DNA of 32,000 nucleotides from Synechococcus sp. A15-24 (lineage in GTDB: Bacteria > Cyanobacteriota > Cyanobacteriia > PCC-6307 > Cyanobiaceae): the NCBI RefSeq assembly GCF_014280195.1, contig NZ_CP047960.1:1650001-1682000 (forward strand), in the 5' to 3' direction. Below are positions 9,192 through 18,897 of this stretch, piece by piece. Every line of letters starts with the position of its first letter. The first letter of the stretch is position 1. The position numbers were made by a program, and so were the translations under genes. The notes under the pieces were generated by a model that saw only the letters and a list, made by a program, of their open reading frames with translations, was not told the origin of the DNA and ran no database searches.

Positions 9192-10366
9192 GGGACAGCA
9201 GCCACCAACCGTCGGGCAGCGTCCTCAAGCTCATCCGTTGGACGCACCAAAGCCATCCGCAACCAGCCCTTACCCCCTTCACCGAAACCGGAGCCCGGGG
9301 TAAGTGCGACGCCGGAGTGTTGCAGCACATGGCTGGCAAAGGTTTCATCGTCAAGCTTCCGGACGCCAGCATCAGCTGGCAATGGCAACCAGAGATACAT
9401 GGCCATCCCTGGAGTGGGACAGGACCAGCCACCGCCCCGCAACACCGACAAAACGCGATCCCGACGCTCGCAATACTTGCCATGCAGGCTGCGGGGCCAA
9501 TCAGCCCATCGGGTCAGGGCCTGGATCGCCCCCTGTTGCAACGCCAACGACTGGTTGAAATCCACCACGCCTTTCACCTGACGCAGGGCGGTGATCAAGG
9601 GTTCGGCGCCAATGGCGAAGGCCAGCCGAAATCCGCCAAGGCACCAGCCTTTGGACAGGGAGAAGAATTCAATACCCCAGTCATTCCAACCAGGACTTCT
9701 CAACAGCGATGGGGCCTCTCCCTCCAAGGCAAGATCCACGTAGGGATTGTCGTTGGCAATCACCAGCTGATGGCGACAACCACGGGCCATCGCCTGATCC
9801 AACAGCTCCTGGTTTCCCACCCTGGCGGTTGGGTTGTGGGGGTAACCGAGAACGAACAGCTTCAGCTGATCCCAGAGCTCAGGGCGGATGGCGTCGAAAT
9901 CAGGGAGCCAGTCCTGCTCCTGAGACAGAGGCAAGCTGCAGATCGAGGCTCCTGCCAGCACAAGCCCACCGCGATGGGATGGATAAGAAGGATCGAGGAG
10001 GAGCGCATGGTCCCCCGGGTCAAGAATGGCGAGGGGGAGATGGGCTGTTCCCTCTTGGGAGCCGACCAGCAGCTGAACCTGACGTTGGGGGTCGACCTCC
10101 ACCCCGAATCGGCGCTGACACCAGGCTGCCACCGCCTGTTGGAACGGTGCTGTCCCCGCTTCAAGGCAATACGCGGAACTAGCAGGGTCAGTCATTGCCG
10201 CCGCCATGCAGCGGATAATCTCGTCAGGCGGCTGTAAATCTGTCGACCCGAGGGAGAGATCGATCAGAGGTGGAAGGCCTGGTTTGTCCCGATGGGCCTG
10301 TTTCGCCCGGTCGGTGCGCGCAAAAACACCGTTACCAAGGGCCTCAAGACGCCTAGAGGTTGGCAT
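9188..10366 (-). CDS. PLP-dependent aminotransferase, class I/II
   Basis: It has GYPHNPTA and SLSKGW (PLP-lysine) motifs and a typical fold-type I layout. I prefer ATG 10366 (MPTSRRLEALGNGVFARTD), which overlaps the trxA stop by 14 nt. The track start at 10408 lies deeper inside trxA. Confidence 0.85.
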   Translation of the reverse strand: MPTSRRLEALGNGVFARTDRAKQAHRDKPGLPPLIDLSLGSTDLQPPDEIIRCMAAAMTDPASSAYCLEAGTAPFQQAVAAWCQRRFGVEVDPQRQVQLLVGSQEGTAHLPLAILDPGDHALLLDPSYPSHRGGLVLAGASICSLPLSQEQDWLPDFDAIRPELWDQLKLFVLGYPHNPTARVGNQELLDQAMARGCRHQLVIANDNPYVDLALEGEAPSLLRSPGWNDWGIEFFSLSKGWCLGGFRLAFAIGAEPLITALRQVKGVVDFNQSLALQQGAIQALTRWADWPRSLHGKYCERRDRVLSVLRGGGWSCPTPGMAMYLWLPLPADAGVRKLDDETFASHVLQHSGVALTPGSGFGEGGKGWLRMALVRPTDELEDAARRLVAAVP

Positions 10367-10670
10367 CCAGGAATGCCTGCAGCTGAGGCTTGGCAATCGC
10401 CCCTTCATGGCGTGCGATCACTTCACCGTCGCGATAAAGGATGAGGGTGGGAATGCCCTGCACCTCGTAGGCATCGCGGGTCGATGGGTTGCCATCGACT
10501 TCCAGCTTCCCAACCGTCAAGCGCTCGCCATAGGTGTCAGCAGCCCAGTCCATCAGGGGAGCCATCAGCCGGCAGGGGCCGCACCATGGTGCCCAGAAAT
10601 CAACCAGAACTGTTCCAGGTGCCTGAAGCACTTCGGAGGCAAACCCGGCGTCAGTGAAATCAGCGACCAA
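10353..10670 (-). CDS. trxA: Thioredoxin
   Basis: The protein is 105 aa with the WCGPC active site and a GIPTL cis-Pro loop. It has a TTG start at 10670. Confidence 0.93.
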   Translation of the reverse strand: MVADFTDAGFASEVLQAPGTVLVDFWAPWCGPCRLMAPLMDWAADTYGERLTVGKLEVDGNPSTRDAYEVQGIPTLILYRDGEVIARHEGAIAKPQLQAFLDANL

Positions 10671-10727
10671 AGCACGAGGTCAGAGCTGCCCTGATCCTAT
10701 GGAGCCTCGAGCCGAAGCAGCCAGATT

Positions 10728-11501
10728 TCAGAGTTTGTCGATGGAACGCTTCAAATCCTCGAGATCTGCATCGACTTCCTCCACCTTCACTGGCGTCACA
10801 GCCTGGGATTGCTCAGACGCGGGCAGAGCAACGGCCTCCGGGCCGCCCTTGAGCTGGTTGCGCAGCGCTGCCAGCTCATCATCCACATCAGAGCCTCCCT
10901 CCAGGGCTGCGAATTGGCTCTCCAGATCAGCACCGGCCAACTCAGCCGCGGCCTGTCCGGTGGCCTCCATCGCCTCGACTTTTTCCTCCATGCGCTCGAA
11001 AGCTGCCATGGCGGAATTTGTGCCGATGTTGCCGACGGCGCTCTGGAGCTGTTGCTGAGCCTGCGCCGCCTGGGCGCGGGCCTTGAGCATGTCCTTCTTG
11101 GTCTTGGCCTCGGCGATCTTGCCTTCGAGGGCCACAAGGCTCTTCTTCAGAGTGTCGACCTGACCATCCTGCGACTGAACCTGAGCATTGAGAGACGTGG
11201 CGGTCTCCTGAAAGGTTTTGCGGCGCGTCAGTGCTTCTCGAGCCAGGTCCTCCTCCCCCTTCTTCAGGGCCAATTCAGCCCGCTCGTACCAGGTTGTGGC
11301 TTGGGATGAGGCCTGCTCAGCCTGACTGCGAAGCCGCTTCTGGCTGGCGATGGCCAAAGCCACTGCCTGCCGCAGCTTCACCAGATCCGACTGCATGTCA
11401 GCAACGGACTGGTCGAGGATTTTGGACGGGTCTTCCATGCTGCTGACCGCAGCGTTGGCATTGGCGCGTACAAGACGACCCAGCCGATCGAAGAAGCCCA
11501 T
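10728..11501 (-). CDS. vipp1: Vipp1/IM30 (PspA family) membrane-remodelling protein
   Basis: From ATG 11501 the sequence reads MGFFDRLGRLVRANANAAVSSMEDPSKILDQSV..., a characteristic PspA/IM30 N-terminal amphipathic helix. It is followed by a long coiled coil and a C-terminal extension. Confidence 0.9.
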   Translation of the reverse strand: MGFFDRLGRLVRANANAAVSSMEDPSKILDQSVADMQSDLVKLRQAVALAIASQKRLRSQAEQASSQATTWYERAELALKKGEEDLAREALTRRKTFQETATSLNAQVQSQDGQVDTLKKSLVALEGKIAEAKTKKDMLKARAQAAQAQQQLQSAVGNIGTNSAMAAFERMEEKVEAMEATGQAAAELAGADLESQFAALEGGSDVDDELAALRNQLKGGPEAVALPASEQSQAVTPVKVEEVDADLEDLKRSIDKL

Positions 11502-11566
11502 CGGGGATAACAAAACCAATTTGAGATTAGCGAGTTCAGCTGAGAACTCGGCTCTAGGCTCGGTTC

Positions 11567-12088
11567 ATGGCCATCGCTCCAGACGGACAACGTCACAAAC
11601 TTCGCGGCGTTGAACTGCTCCAGCAGGCCCCGCCGACTCCGGCATCCCCCCTAGGAGACTGCCTCGACCGCCTACGTCAGGACTGGCGGCGGGACGGCAG
11701 CCTCGCCAGCCTGTGGCAGGACTGGCCCTCGATTGCAGGCGACCTTCTGGCGACGCACTGTCGCCCGTTGTCCCTCCAGCGAGGCGTGCTCACGGTCGGT
11801 GCAAGTCATCCCCAGTGGCGTCAGGCTCTGCAATACAACAAGCCGCAGCTGATCAGTTCTCTCAACAGGGCTGGGCACCCGGTGCGGGATCTACGTATTC
11901 AGCAGCATCACACCGGCAGCACCGCCCCACTGCCCAGTGAGACAGACATCTGGTCCCGCCATCCCAGCCGGACCGATATCCACGGCATGGGCACCTGTCC
12001 GCAGTGCCACAGACCGGCCCCGAATGGCGAAATGTCGTTGTGGAGCTGCTGCGGTTTCTGCCATCGCCAACGCCTGAGCGAAGGCTGA
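11567..12088 (+). CDS. DUF721 (DciA-like) protein with C-terminal Cys-rich zinc-ribbon-like tail
   Basis: The 173-aa ORF has a central LSLQRGVLTVGASHPQWRQALQYNKPQLISSLN segment resembling DUF721. The C-terminus CPQCHRPAPNGEMSLWSCCGFCHRQ supplies CxxC...CxxC. It lies divergent from vipp1. Confidence 0.6.
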   Translation: MAIAPDGQRHKLRGVELLQQAPPTPASPLGDCLDRLRQDWRRDGSLASLWQDWPSIAGDLLATHCRPLSLQRGVLTVGASHPQWRQALQYNKPQLISSLNRAGHPVRDLRIQQHHTGSTAPLPSETDIWSRHPSRTDIHGMGTCPQCHRPAPNGEMSLWSCCGFCHRQRLSEG

Positions 12089-12089
12089 A

Positions 12090-13877
12090 TCAGAACCGCT
12101 CCGGTCGAGGCTTCTGCCAGTCGGCATCAACCCCATCAGCCATCAGTTCCGCTGCACGATCGTTCAGGCGTGTCCGCTCTACCCGCCAGACGGAGTAAAC
12201 CCCAAAACGACCAAGCCTCTCCTGCTGCAACCCTCGCCAGTGTTTCTGCCGGCGTGTCCCCTCATCAATGATCAACAGAACGGTCGGAGAGGCGTCAGGA
12301 GACTGCAAAGGAACTCCTCGCCAGCCGCGACGTTGCTCCTTCGACAGCCGATCCGCCAGGTTCACAAGAGCACCATTGGATCGCCCCTCGAACAGGATCA
12401 CCTGACCGCCGTAGAAGTGAACCGAAGGTTTCATGGCGCCGACCATGGCCAGCGGCTCCTGGGGCCGCTGCTGATCCACCAGGGTCTGAGTGGCCTGCCG
12501 AACCGGAAGCTGCCGCAATTGGTCAGCCAATTCGGCAATCGGAATCACTGCTGTGAGGTGAAAACAGACCAGCGAGAGCTGCACCGAAAGCAATCGGACG
12601 ACAGGAGCCCATCGCCAGACCACCAACCCCAGCACAGCCGCCCAGCTGAACCATCCAGCCGCGCGCCACACCAGGCCACTGGCCAGAAGATCAGATGCCA
12701 GGGTCGGCATTTCCGGGTCGTTGATCAGCGGGACCCAGAGCGGCGCACACCAGAAGCCGACCGCCAGTAGCAGCATTAGCGCCAAAGAGCTGGCCCAGGC
12801 CAAAGCAAGCCAGCGATCCCGACGCCCGAGCGCAAAACAGATCAGCAGCGCCGCAGCCGGTGTTGCTGGAAGCCAGTAGCTGGGCAACTTGGTCGCCGCC
12901 GTGGTGAACAGCAGCAGCACCGCCAGCAACCAGCAGCCCGCGAACTGATGCAAGGACTGGTCTGGTGATGTTCGCTGTCGGGGGATACGGGCCAATCCCA
13001 GCAACAGCAACGGGGAGAAGGGCATGGCCGCCACCAGCATCACGGGGCCAAAGAACCACCAGGGCTGCAGATGGTCATTGACAACGCTCGTGAAGCGCTG
13101 AAGGTTGTGATACCCAAAAAAACTATCCCAGAACGGCTGGCCCTCCACCAGCAGTTCCACGGCGTACCAGGGCAGGCTCACCAAGGCCGTCAGAGCGAGA
13201 CCGGGAAGTGGTCTCAGACGACTCCAGGGCGTGGCCAGATCACGCCTCAGGGCGCTGAACAACAACAGGGTGAGTCCTGTGAGCACCACCGCCACCGGCC
13301 CTTTCGCCAGAACCGCCAGACCCAGCACCAACCAGGCCGGCCACCAGCGGTGACGCTCGGGTGCTGCAAACCGCCGCCATTGCAGCATCAGGCTGATGGC
13401 GAGCAGTCCGCACAACAGGGCATCACTGACGGCCGTGCGACTCCAGACCAGAACCAACGGCGAGAGACCGAAACACAGGGCAGCCGTTAACGCAGCAGCC
13501 ACGGGCCGCCGTGGTCCCACCGGAGGCCACCGCAAGAGAGTGTCGCCCAATACCAGCATCACCGCCACGCTGGACAAAGCCGAAGGCAACCGCGCCGCCC
13601 AGCTGCCAAGCGGATCCCAGACCATCTGGCCCGGCAGGCTGTAGCCCAGGGCCATCAGCCAATACACCAGAGGCGGTTTATCGAAACGCGGCAGGCCGTT
13701 CACCCGGGGTGTCAGCCAATCGCCGGTCTGGGTCATGGCCTGGCCAGCCGCTGCGAACAAGGGCGGCGTTTCATCCACCACACCGGTGGCACCGAGTCTC
13801 CACAGGTTGATCAGAACCCCGAGGGCCAGCACCAAGGCCAGCACACCCAGATGCCGGCGGCCGGAGATCACCACCAC
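12090..13877 (-). CDS. Glycosyltransferase family 39 (ArnT/PMT-like, lipid-linked sugar transferase), polytopic membrane protein
   Basis: The protein is 595 aa. The N-terminal loop RFDKPPLVYWLMALGY is typical of ArnT/PMT_2, and there are many TM helices. Confidence 0.85.
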   Translation of the reverse strand: MVVISGRRHLGVLALVLALGVLINLWRLGATGVVDETPPLFAAAGQAMTQTGDWLTPRVNGLPRFDKPPLVYWLMALGYSLPGQMVWDPLGSWAARLPSALSSVAVMLVLGDTLLRWPPVGPRRPVAAALTAALCFGLSPLVLVWSRTAVSDALLCGLLAISLMLQWRRFAAPERHRWWPAWLVLGLAVLAKGPVAVVLTGLTLLLFSALRRDLATPWSRLRPLPGLALTALVSLPWYAVELLVEGQPFWDSFFGYHNLQRFTSVVNDHLQPWWFFGPVMLVAAMPFSPLLLLGLARIPRQRTSPDQSLHQFAGCWLLAVLLLFTTAATKLPSYWLPATPAAALLICFALGRRDRWLALAWASSLALMLLLAVGFWCAPLWVPLINDPEMPTLASDLLASGLVWRAAGWFSWAAVLGLVVWRWAPVVRLLSVQLSLVCFHLTAVIPIAELADQLRQLPVRQATQTLVDQQRPQEPLAMVGAMKPSVHFYGGQVILFEGRSNGALVNLADRLSKEQRRGWRGVPLQSPDASPTVLLIIDEGTRRQKHWRGLQQERLGRFGVYSVWRVERTRLNDRAAELMADGVDADWQKPRPERF

Positions 13878-13918
13878 GCAGCACCTCAGGACAATCCGTC
13901 GATGTTGACATCCGCGAC

Positions 13919-15010
13919 TCAGGGCAACGATGAAAGTCCCGCCAGGATCCAGTCTTCGACGCGACGGGCGAAGACCTCCTGCGTGGCATTCGCCTCCACC
14001 CAGGCGCGACAGTCGGCACGATCCAGCTCTGGAACGCGTTTCAGAGCATCCGACAGTGCTGAGACGTTGTCAGGCTCCACGAGGAAACCCGTCTGCCCCG
14101 ACTGCACCAGTTCGCCCGGACCTCCGCGGTCATAGGCCACTACTGGCACGCCACAGGCCTGAGCCTCCACCACCACATTGCCGTAGGCCTCATTCCACTT
14201 GGGCGTGTTAATCAGGGCCCGGCAACGCCCCAGTTCCTCCTGCAGATCAGCGGTAGGCAGGAATCCACGCCATTGAAGGGTTCCCGTTGGCACCATCGCC
14301 TCCACCGCCTCTGCGTAAGCAGGGTCCTCCCGCAACCCCCACACCAGCAACTGCTCCCCCAAGGCCGCTGCTGCCGCAGCGGCATCCTCCAGTCCTTTCT
14401 CCGGCGCCACGCGACCAGCCCAGCCCAGAGGTCCGCCGGCCTCTCGGCGGAATTGATACCGGGATAAATCAAAGCCGTTGCCCACCACCCGTGGCGGTTG
14501 AGGAAGCCGGAAGTCCGCCGCCTGACGAGCCGTGTGAAAAGCCAGTCGCTGCTGATCCCAAGACGCCAGCGCCTCGATCTGATCCCGCATCACATCGGCC
14601 ACGGCACCCATCGAGATCAAGTGAAAAAGCCGCTGAGAGACGTGGGGCGTGATCCACAGCGGCAGCCAGTCGTAGCCGAAGTTGATCACGGCATCGGCTT
14701 CCGCACCGATCTCAAGAGAGATGTCGAGGAAGCGTGGCAACAGCCCAGCACGGGGGATCAACACCGGGGATTCCCCATCGAGGTGCTGCCAGCTGGGTTG
14801 ATCCAGACCCTGGGCAGTCAGCAGCTCCACAGCCTCGCAGCCCTCCGGCAGCCGCGAGCCCTCCGCAGCGATCAGCCGAACCCGGTGGCCTCGATCCACC
14901 AGCCCCTTGAGCAGTGAGCTCAGGGTCAGTTCAACACCACCGCCCCGACCACTCCCCAACCCACCGATCGGAGTACTGACCAGGATCAAATCGAGGGGGC
15001 GAGAGGTCAT
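13919..15010 (-). CDS. Glycosyltransferase family 1 (GT4-type)
   Basis: The C-terminal motif NEAYGNVVVEAQACGVPVVAYDRGGPGELV...GFLVEP matches the EX7E region. ATG 15010 forms an ATGA overlap with the stop of the upstream EamA gene. The track start at 15091 is an in-gene extension. Confidence 0.85.
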   Translation of the reverse strand: MTSRPLDLILVSTPIGGLGSGRGGGVELTLSSLLKGLVDRGHRVRLIAAEGSRLPEGCEAVELLTAQGLDQPSWQHLDGESPVLIPRAGLLPRFLDISLEIGAEADAVINFGYDWLPLWITPHVSQRLFHLISMGAVADVMRDQIEALASWDQQRLAFHTARQAADFRLPQPPRVVGNGFDLSRYQFRREAGGPLGWAGRVAPEKGLEDAAAAAAALGEQLLVWGLREDPAYAEAVEAMVPTGTLQWRGFLPTADLQEELGRCRALINTPKWNEAYGNVVVEAQACGVPVVAYDRGGPGELVQSGQTGFLVEPDNVSALSDALKRVPELDRADCRAWVEANATQEVFARRVEDWILAGLSSLP

Positions 15011-15936
15011 CCCACCGGCTGAGGCTCCCACAGGCGTCGACGCTGGCTCACACACACCACTGATACCAACACCATCAGCGCACCAACCCACTGAAGCGGA
15101 TCCAACCGTTCACCGAGCAACCAGCCACCTGTTGCCAGAGCGAAGACGGGCGTCAGAAAACCCAGGCTGCTGAAGGTGGTGAGGTCACGACGGTTGGCGA
15201 ACCAGAAGAACAGGCCATAGGCCAGGGCACTGCCCAAAAGGGTGGCGAAGCCCATGCGCCCCCAGTCCGCCACGGACCAGGGGGGCAGCGTCCAGCCGTT
15301 CTGCCATTCGGCTGCCAACAAAAGGGGGCAGCCTCCGAGCAGCATGTGCCAGGCGGTCACGGCCACCGGATCGCTGTGACGAGCTGCATAACGAATCAGC
15401 ACGGTCCCCACCGCCATCGCCAGAGCCGCCAGCAGCATCCACCCCTCACCAGGCTGAAGCAACTGCAGCAGTTGGGGTGGATCCAGCAACAACCACCAAT
15501 GACCCAGCAGATCTGCTGGCACACCGAGGCAGACGATGCCCGCCAGGCCAAGGGCCAGTCCGAGCCAGCCGATGGGGTTGATCGATTCAGCGAACAACAC
15601 CCTGGCCAGGAGCGCCACCAGCAGGGGCTGGGAATCAATTAGTACCGAACCGAGCCCTGCGCCGGTTTCCGCTAACCCACAGGCCAACAACCCCTGGAAC
15701 AGGCAGGCATCCACAAGGGTGAACAGAAGGAACCAGGGAAGGTCACGACCATCCAGAGACCAGCGACGGCCACTGATCACGGCCCAGGCCATCAGCACAA
15801 AACCAGCTGGCAGCAAACGGAAAGCCGCAACAAACCAGGGACCACCACTGACAATCAACGGCGCCATCGCCGTCATGGCCGTTCCCCATAGCGCGAAGGG
15901 AAGCACCATCAGCAACCAGAGACGCAGTGGTGCCAT
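15007..15936 (-). CDS. EamA/DMT-superfamily transporter
   Basis: From ATG 15936 (MAPLRLWLLMVLPFALWGTAM...) the protein has about 10 predicted TM helices in two repeats. Confidence 0.85.
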   Translation of the reverse strand: MAPLRLWLLMVLPFALWGTAMTAMAPLIVSGGPWFVAAFRLLPAGFVLMAWAVISGRRWSLDGRDLPWFLLFTLVDACLFQGLLACGLAETGAGLGSVLIDSQPLLVALLARVLFAESINPIGWLGLALGLAGIVCLGVPADLLGHWWLLLDPPQLLQLLQPGEGWMLLAALAMAVGTVLIRYAARHSDPVAVTAWHMLLGGCPLLLAAEWQNGWTLPPWSVADWGRMGFATLLGSALAYGLFFWFANRRDLTTFSSLGFLTPVFALATGGWLLGERLDPLQWVGALMVLVSVVCVSQRRRLWEPQPVG

Positions 15937-15989
15937 GGGAAAGGAGGAGGATGCTCTTTTTAAGATCTGGGGTATTGCAGTTGCGAAAG

Positions 15990-16802
15990 ATGATCTGGCC
16001 CTGGCGCCGTAAATCCCGTCGCCGGATGGCACGGATCGTGGTGGATGGACCGATCACCGGCAGCACCCGTCAGCGGGTGCTCAAGGCACTCCGTGACGTA
16101 GAGGAGCGTGAATTCCCTGCCCTGCTCCTACGCATTGACAGCCCCGGCGGAACGGTTGGCGACAGCCAGGAGATCCATGCAGCACTGCTGCGTCTGCGGG
16201 AAAAAGGGTGCCGCGTGGTGGCCAGTTTTGGGAATATCTCGGCCTCCGGTGGCGTCTACATCGGCGTGGCGGCCGAATCGATCGTGGCCAACCCCGGCAC
16301 CATCACCGGATCGATCGGAGTCATCCTCCGCGGCAATGACCTTTCAAAGGTTTTTGAGCGGATTGGCATCCGTTTCGACACCGTCAAAAGCGGCGTCTTC
16401 AAGGACATTCTTTCTCCGGACCGCCCTCTCAGCCCTGAGGAACGCGCGCTGCTGCAGGAGCTGATCGACAGCAGCTATGGACAGTTTGTTCGCGTTGTGG
16501 CGGAAGGGCGATCGCTGACGGAGGAGACGGTCCGCGGATTTGCCGATGGCCGCGTCTTCAGCGGTGAACAGGCCAAAACATTGGGTTTGGTCGATGAACT
16601 GGGCGATGAAGATCATGCCCGGCGCCTCGCCGCACGGCTGGCCGACCTTGATGAACAGACCACACGTCCGGTCACCTTGGGAAAGCCCCGTAAAAAGTTA
16701 ATGAATCTGCTGCCGGGTTCTCAGCTGATCGCTCTGTTGCAGCAGCGCCTCAGCCTCGAGCTCATGGGCAGTGGTCAGGTGCTTTGGCTTTACCGGCCAT
16801 GA
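15990..16802 (+). CDS. sppA: Signal peptide peptidase SppA (36K type, peptidase S49)
   Basis: It contains LLRIDSPGGTVGDSQEI, ISASGGVYI and TGSIGV motifs. The start MIWPWRRKSRRRMARIVVDGPI at 15990 is preferred over the track start at 15927. Confidence 0.9.
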   Translation: MIWPWRRKSRRRMARIVVDGPITGSTRQRVLKALRDVEEREFPALLLRIDSPGGTVGDSQEIHAALLRLREKGCRVVASFGNISASGGVYIGVAAESIVANPGTITGSIGVILRGNDLSKVFERIGIRFDTVKSGVFKDILSPDRPLSPEERALLQELIDSSYGQFVRVVAEGRSLTEETVRGFADGRVFSGEQAKTLGLVDELGDEDHARRLAARLADLDEQTTRPVTLGKPRKKLMNLLPGSQLIALLQQRLSLELMGSGQVLWLYRP

Positions 16803-17182
16803 ATGACACACCGCTTCGCCTGGTGGGTCTGCGAGGCGCCACCACATGTGCTGCCAACACCACGACGGACATCCGCCAGGCTGTTCGTGAGCTGATCGAT
16901 GACCTGGTCAGCCGCAACGGGATCAGTCCCGCCCAGATTGTGTCCGTGACGTTCTCCGTCACGGCGGATCTGGATGCCTGTTTTCCCGCTGCAGAAGCAC
17001 GCCAGCGCAACGGCTGGGACAGCGTTGCTCTCTTGGACTGCCAGCAGATGGCCGTTCAGGGCGACCTGTGCCATTGCATCCGAGTGCTGGCCCATGTGTG
17101 GCTGCCGCCTGAGCAGACCCCCCAGCACCCATACCTGGGTGAAGCCAGTCGACTGCGACCAGACAGATCTGGGCACAACTGA
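16799..17182 (+). CDS. aroH: Chorismate mutase, AroH type
   Basis: The sequence MNDTPLRLVGLRGATTC... carries the RGATT signature of the AroH class, and the size is about 127 aa. ATG 16799 overlaps the sppA stop as ATGA. Confidence 0.85.
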   Translation: MNDTPLRLVGLRGATTCAANTTTDIRQAVRELIDDLVSRNGISPAQIVSVTFSVTADLDACFPAAEARQRNGWDSVALLDCQQMAVQGDLCHCIRVLAHVWLPPEQTPQHPYLGEASRLRPDRSGHN

Positions 17183-17257
17183 CAGCTCAGCGGCCGGCCC
17201 AGGGACCGCCCCTCCCTGCATATGTCTCAGGAGAATCCCCTTAACAGAGTGAACGTC

Positions 17258-17827
17258 ATGAAACCGTCCATTTTTCGGCAGGCCTTGTGCGCCAGCGCAG
17301 CCGCCTTTCTGACCACTGTCAGCAATTCATTGACACCTCCCACCGCCCATGCACAGGGGGGCACTCCTGGCCTGATGGAATTCCGCTGGGACAGCGATCG
17401 GGACTACAGAAAGCTCTACTACTTCCAGACGTCGTCGATCGAGAACGATCGCTCCGAGTGGTATCTGCATCTCAGGGCTAAGGACCGTAAGACGTCGATC
17501 ATGAAGTTGACCGTGACGGTGCCGGACTACTTCGACTCCAAGTTGCGTCCTGAGCGGATGACGCTCTGCCGCACCTCCTCCGGCAGCATGATGAGCCGCA
17601 CCCGATGCCTGGAGGAAGTCCCCGCCACGATCGAGGTCAACAAGACGCAAACCGCGATCGAGGTTTACCCAGACACTCCAGTTCCTGTTGAGGGGGATTA
17701 TTCGCTGCGCATCAAGCTGTTCAACCCTCAGGGGAAGCGGATGTATCAGCTCAATGCCCTGATCCAAGCCCCCGGTGACGTGCCCATGTCCGGCTACGTC
17801 GGCAGCTGGCTCATTGATCTGGACTGA
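17258..17827 (+). CDS. Secreted protein, DUF2808-like (cyanobacterial)
   Basis: It has a signal peptide, MKPSIFRQALCASAAAFLTTVSNSLTPPTAHA. The body (FRWDSDRDYRKLYYFQ..., VTVPDYFD) resembles DUF2808 as I remember it. An alternative ATG lies at 17222. Confidence 0.6.
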   Translation: MKPSIFRQALCASAAAFLTTVSNSLTPPTAHAQGGTPGLMEFRWDSDRDYRKLYYFQTSSIENDRSEWYLHLRAKDRKTSIMKLTVTVPDYFDSKLRPERMTLCRTSSGSMMSRTRCLEEVPATIEVNKTQTAIEVYPDTPVPVEGDYSLRIKLFNPQGKRMYQLNALIQAPGDVPMSGYVGSWLIDLD

Positions 17828-17873
17828 CTGATAAAATCGTTAGTTCTGATCGGCCGGACGCCAACCAACTGTC

Positions 17874-18011
17874 ATGACGAAGCGCACTCTGGGTGGAACC
17901 AGCCGCAAGCGGAAGCGGGTCTCCGGTTTCCGGGTCCGCATGCGCTCCCACACCGGCCGTCGCGTGATCCGCACCCGTCGCAAGCGGGGCCGTTCCCGTC
18001 TTGCCGTCTGA
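17874..18011 (+). CDS. rpmH: 50S ribosomal protein L34
   Basis: My own translation is [45 protein letters not shown] (45 aa). It is below the track cutoff. Confidence 0.95.
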   Translation: MTKRTLGGTSRKRKRVSGFRVRMRSHTGRRVIRTRRKRGRSRLAV

Positions 18012-18051
18012 TCCGGCTGATCGCTCTGCTCCTTCTACAACGCCAGGGTTG

Positions 18052-18438
18052 ATGGCACTCCCCGCCTCCATGCGACTCCGGGGGCACCGTTGCTTCAACA
18101 GGCTGCATCGCATCGGTCGCCGTCATCACGGCGACTGGATGGTGTTGCGCGTGATGCCAGGGGAGCCACGCTTGCTGCGACCGGAATTGCGGCGACATCC
18201 AACGCGCTGCTGTCGCTGCGCCCTGGTGATCAGCAACAAAGTGAGTAAACGGGCTGTGCGCCGGAACCGCCTGCGTCGCCTGTTGCATCAACACCTGCGT
18301 CAGCAGCTCGAACATCGCGGGGATCTCGCGGGTCGATGGGTGTTGATCAGCCTTCGCCCTGAAGCGTCCGAGGCGGATCCATCACAGTTGCTCGAAGAAT
18401 GCGACAGTCTTCTCAGTTGTGCAGGCCTGGGCCAATGA
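18052..18438 (+). CDS. rnpA: Ribonuclease P protein component
   Basis: It lies immediately downstream of rpmH, is basic, and has the RNR-type motif KRAVRRNRLRRLL. The ATG is at 18052. Confidence 0.85.
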   Translation: MALPASMRLRGHRCFNRLHRIGRRHHGDWMVLRVMPGEPRLLRPELRRHPTRCCRCALVISNKVSKRAVRRNRLRRLLHQHLRQQLEHRGDLAGRWVLISLRPEASEADPSQLLEECDSLLSCAGLGQ

Positions 18439-18842
18439 CCAGCATCCAAGAGGACGTTTATTACGACGGTGGCCCGGCCAAGGGTGATCTGATCTTCAAC
18501 CTCCTGCTGGGTGTCACTTTGATCGGATTGCCGTTCACGATCGGGGCCATTGTCCGGGCCGTCTGGCTGCGTTTCCGCATCACCAGTCGAAGGATCTCTG
18601 TTACGGGCGGTTGGATGGGCAAGGAGAAAACCCAGGTCGTTTACTCCCAAATCAAGGAGGTTCGCAGCGTGTCTAGAGGCTTTGGCGCATGGGGCGACAT
18701 GGTCTTGGTGCTGAATGACGGCGCCCGTCTTGAAATGCGCTCTGTGCCGAGCTTCCGCGAGACAGAGGCCTACATCCTCGAACGCATGGCCTCCCGCTCA
18801 TCCGCACCTGCAGACAAGCCGGTCGAGGGATTCGCCGCCTGA
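18435..18842 (+). CDS. Membrane-anchored bacterial PH-domain (bPH_2/YdbS-like) protein
   Basis: The sequence [14 protein letters not shown]... has one hydrophobic hairpin ([22 protein letters not shown]). This is followed by [29 protein letters not shown], typical of bPH_2. It has an ATGA overlap with the rnpA stop. Confidence 0.7.
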   Translation: MTSIQEDVYYDGGPAKGDLIFNLLLGVTLIGLPFTIGAIVRAVWLRFRITSRRISVTGGWMGKEKTQVVYSQIKEVRSVSRGFGAWGDMVLVLNDGARLEMRSVPSFRETEAYILERMASRSSAPADKPVEGFAA

Positions 18843-18897
18843 ATCAGATGTTCGTGCACACTGGCACCACAACGTCACCAACCACGGGTTCTTCAAC

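Noticed and set aside
10367-10408. The upstream start (10408) for the aminotransferase.
   Set aside because: It would overlap trxA by 56 nt. MPTSRRLEALGNGVFARTD from ATG 10366 resembles a normal aminotransferase N-terminus.
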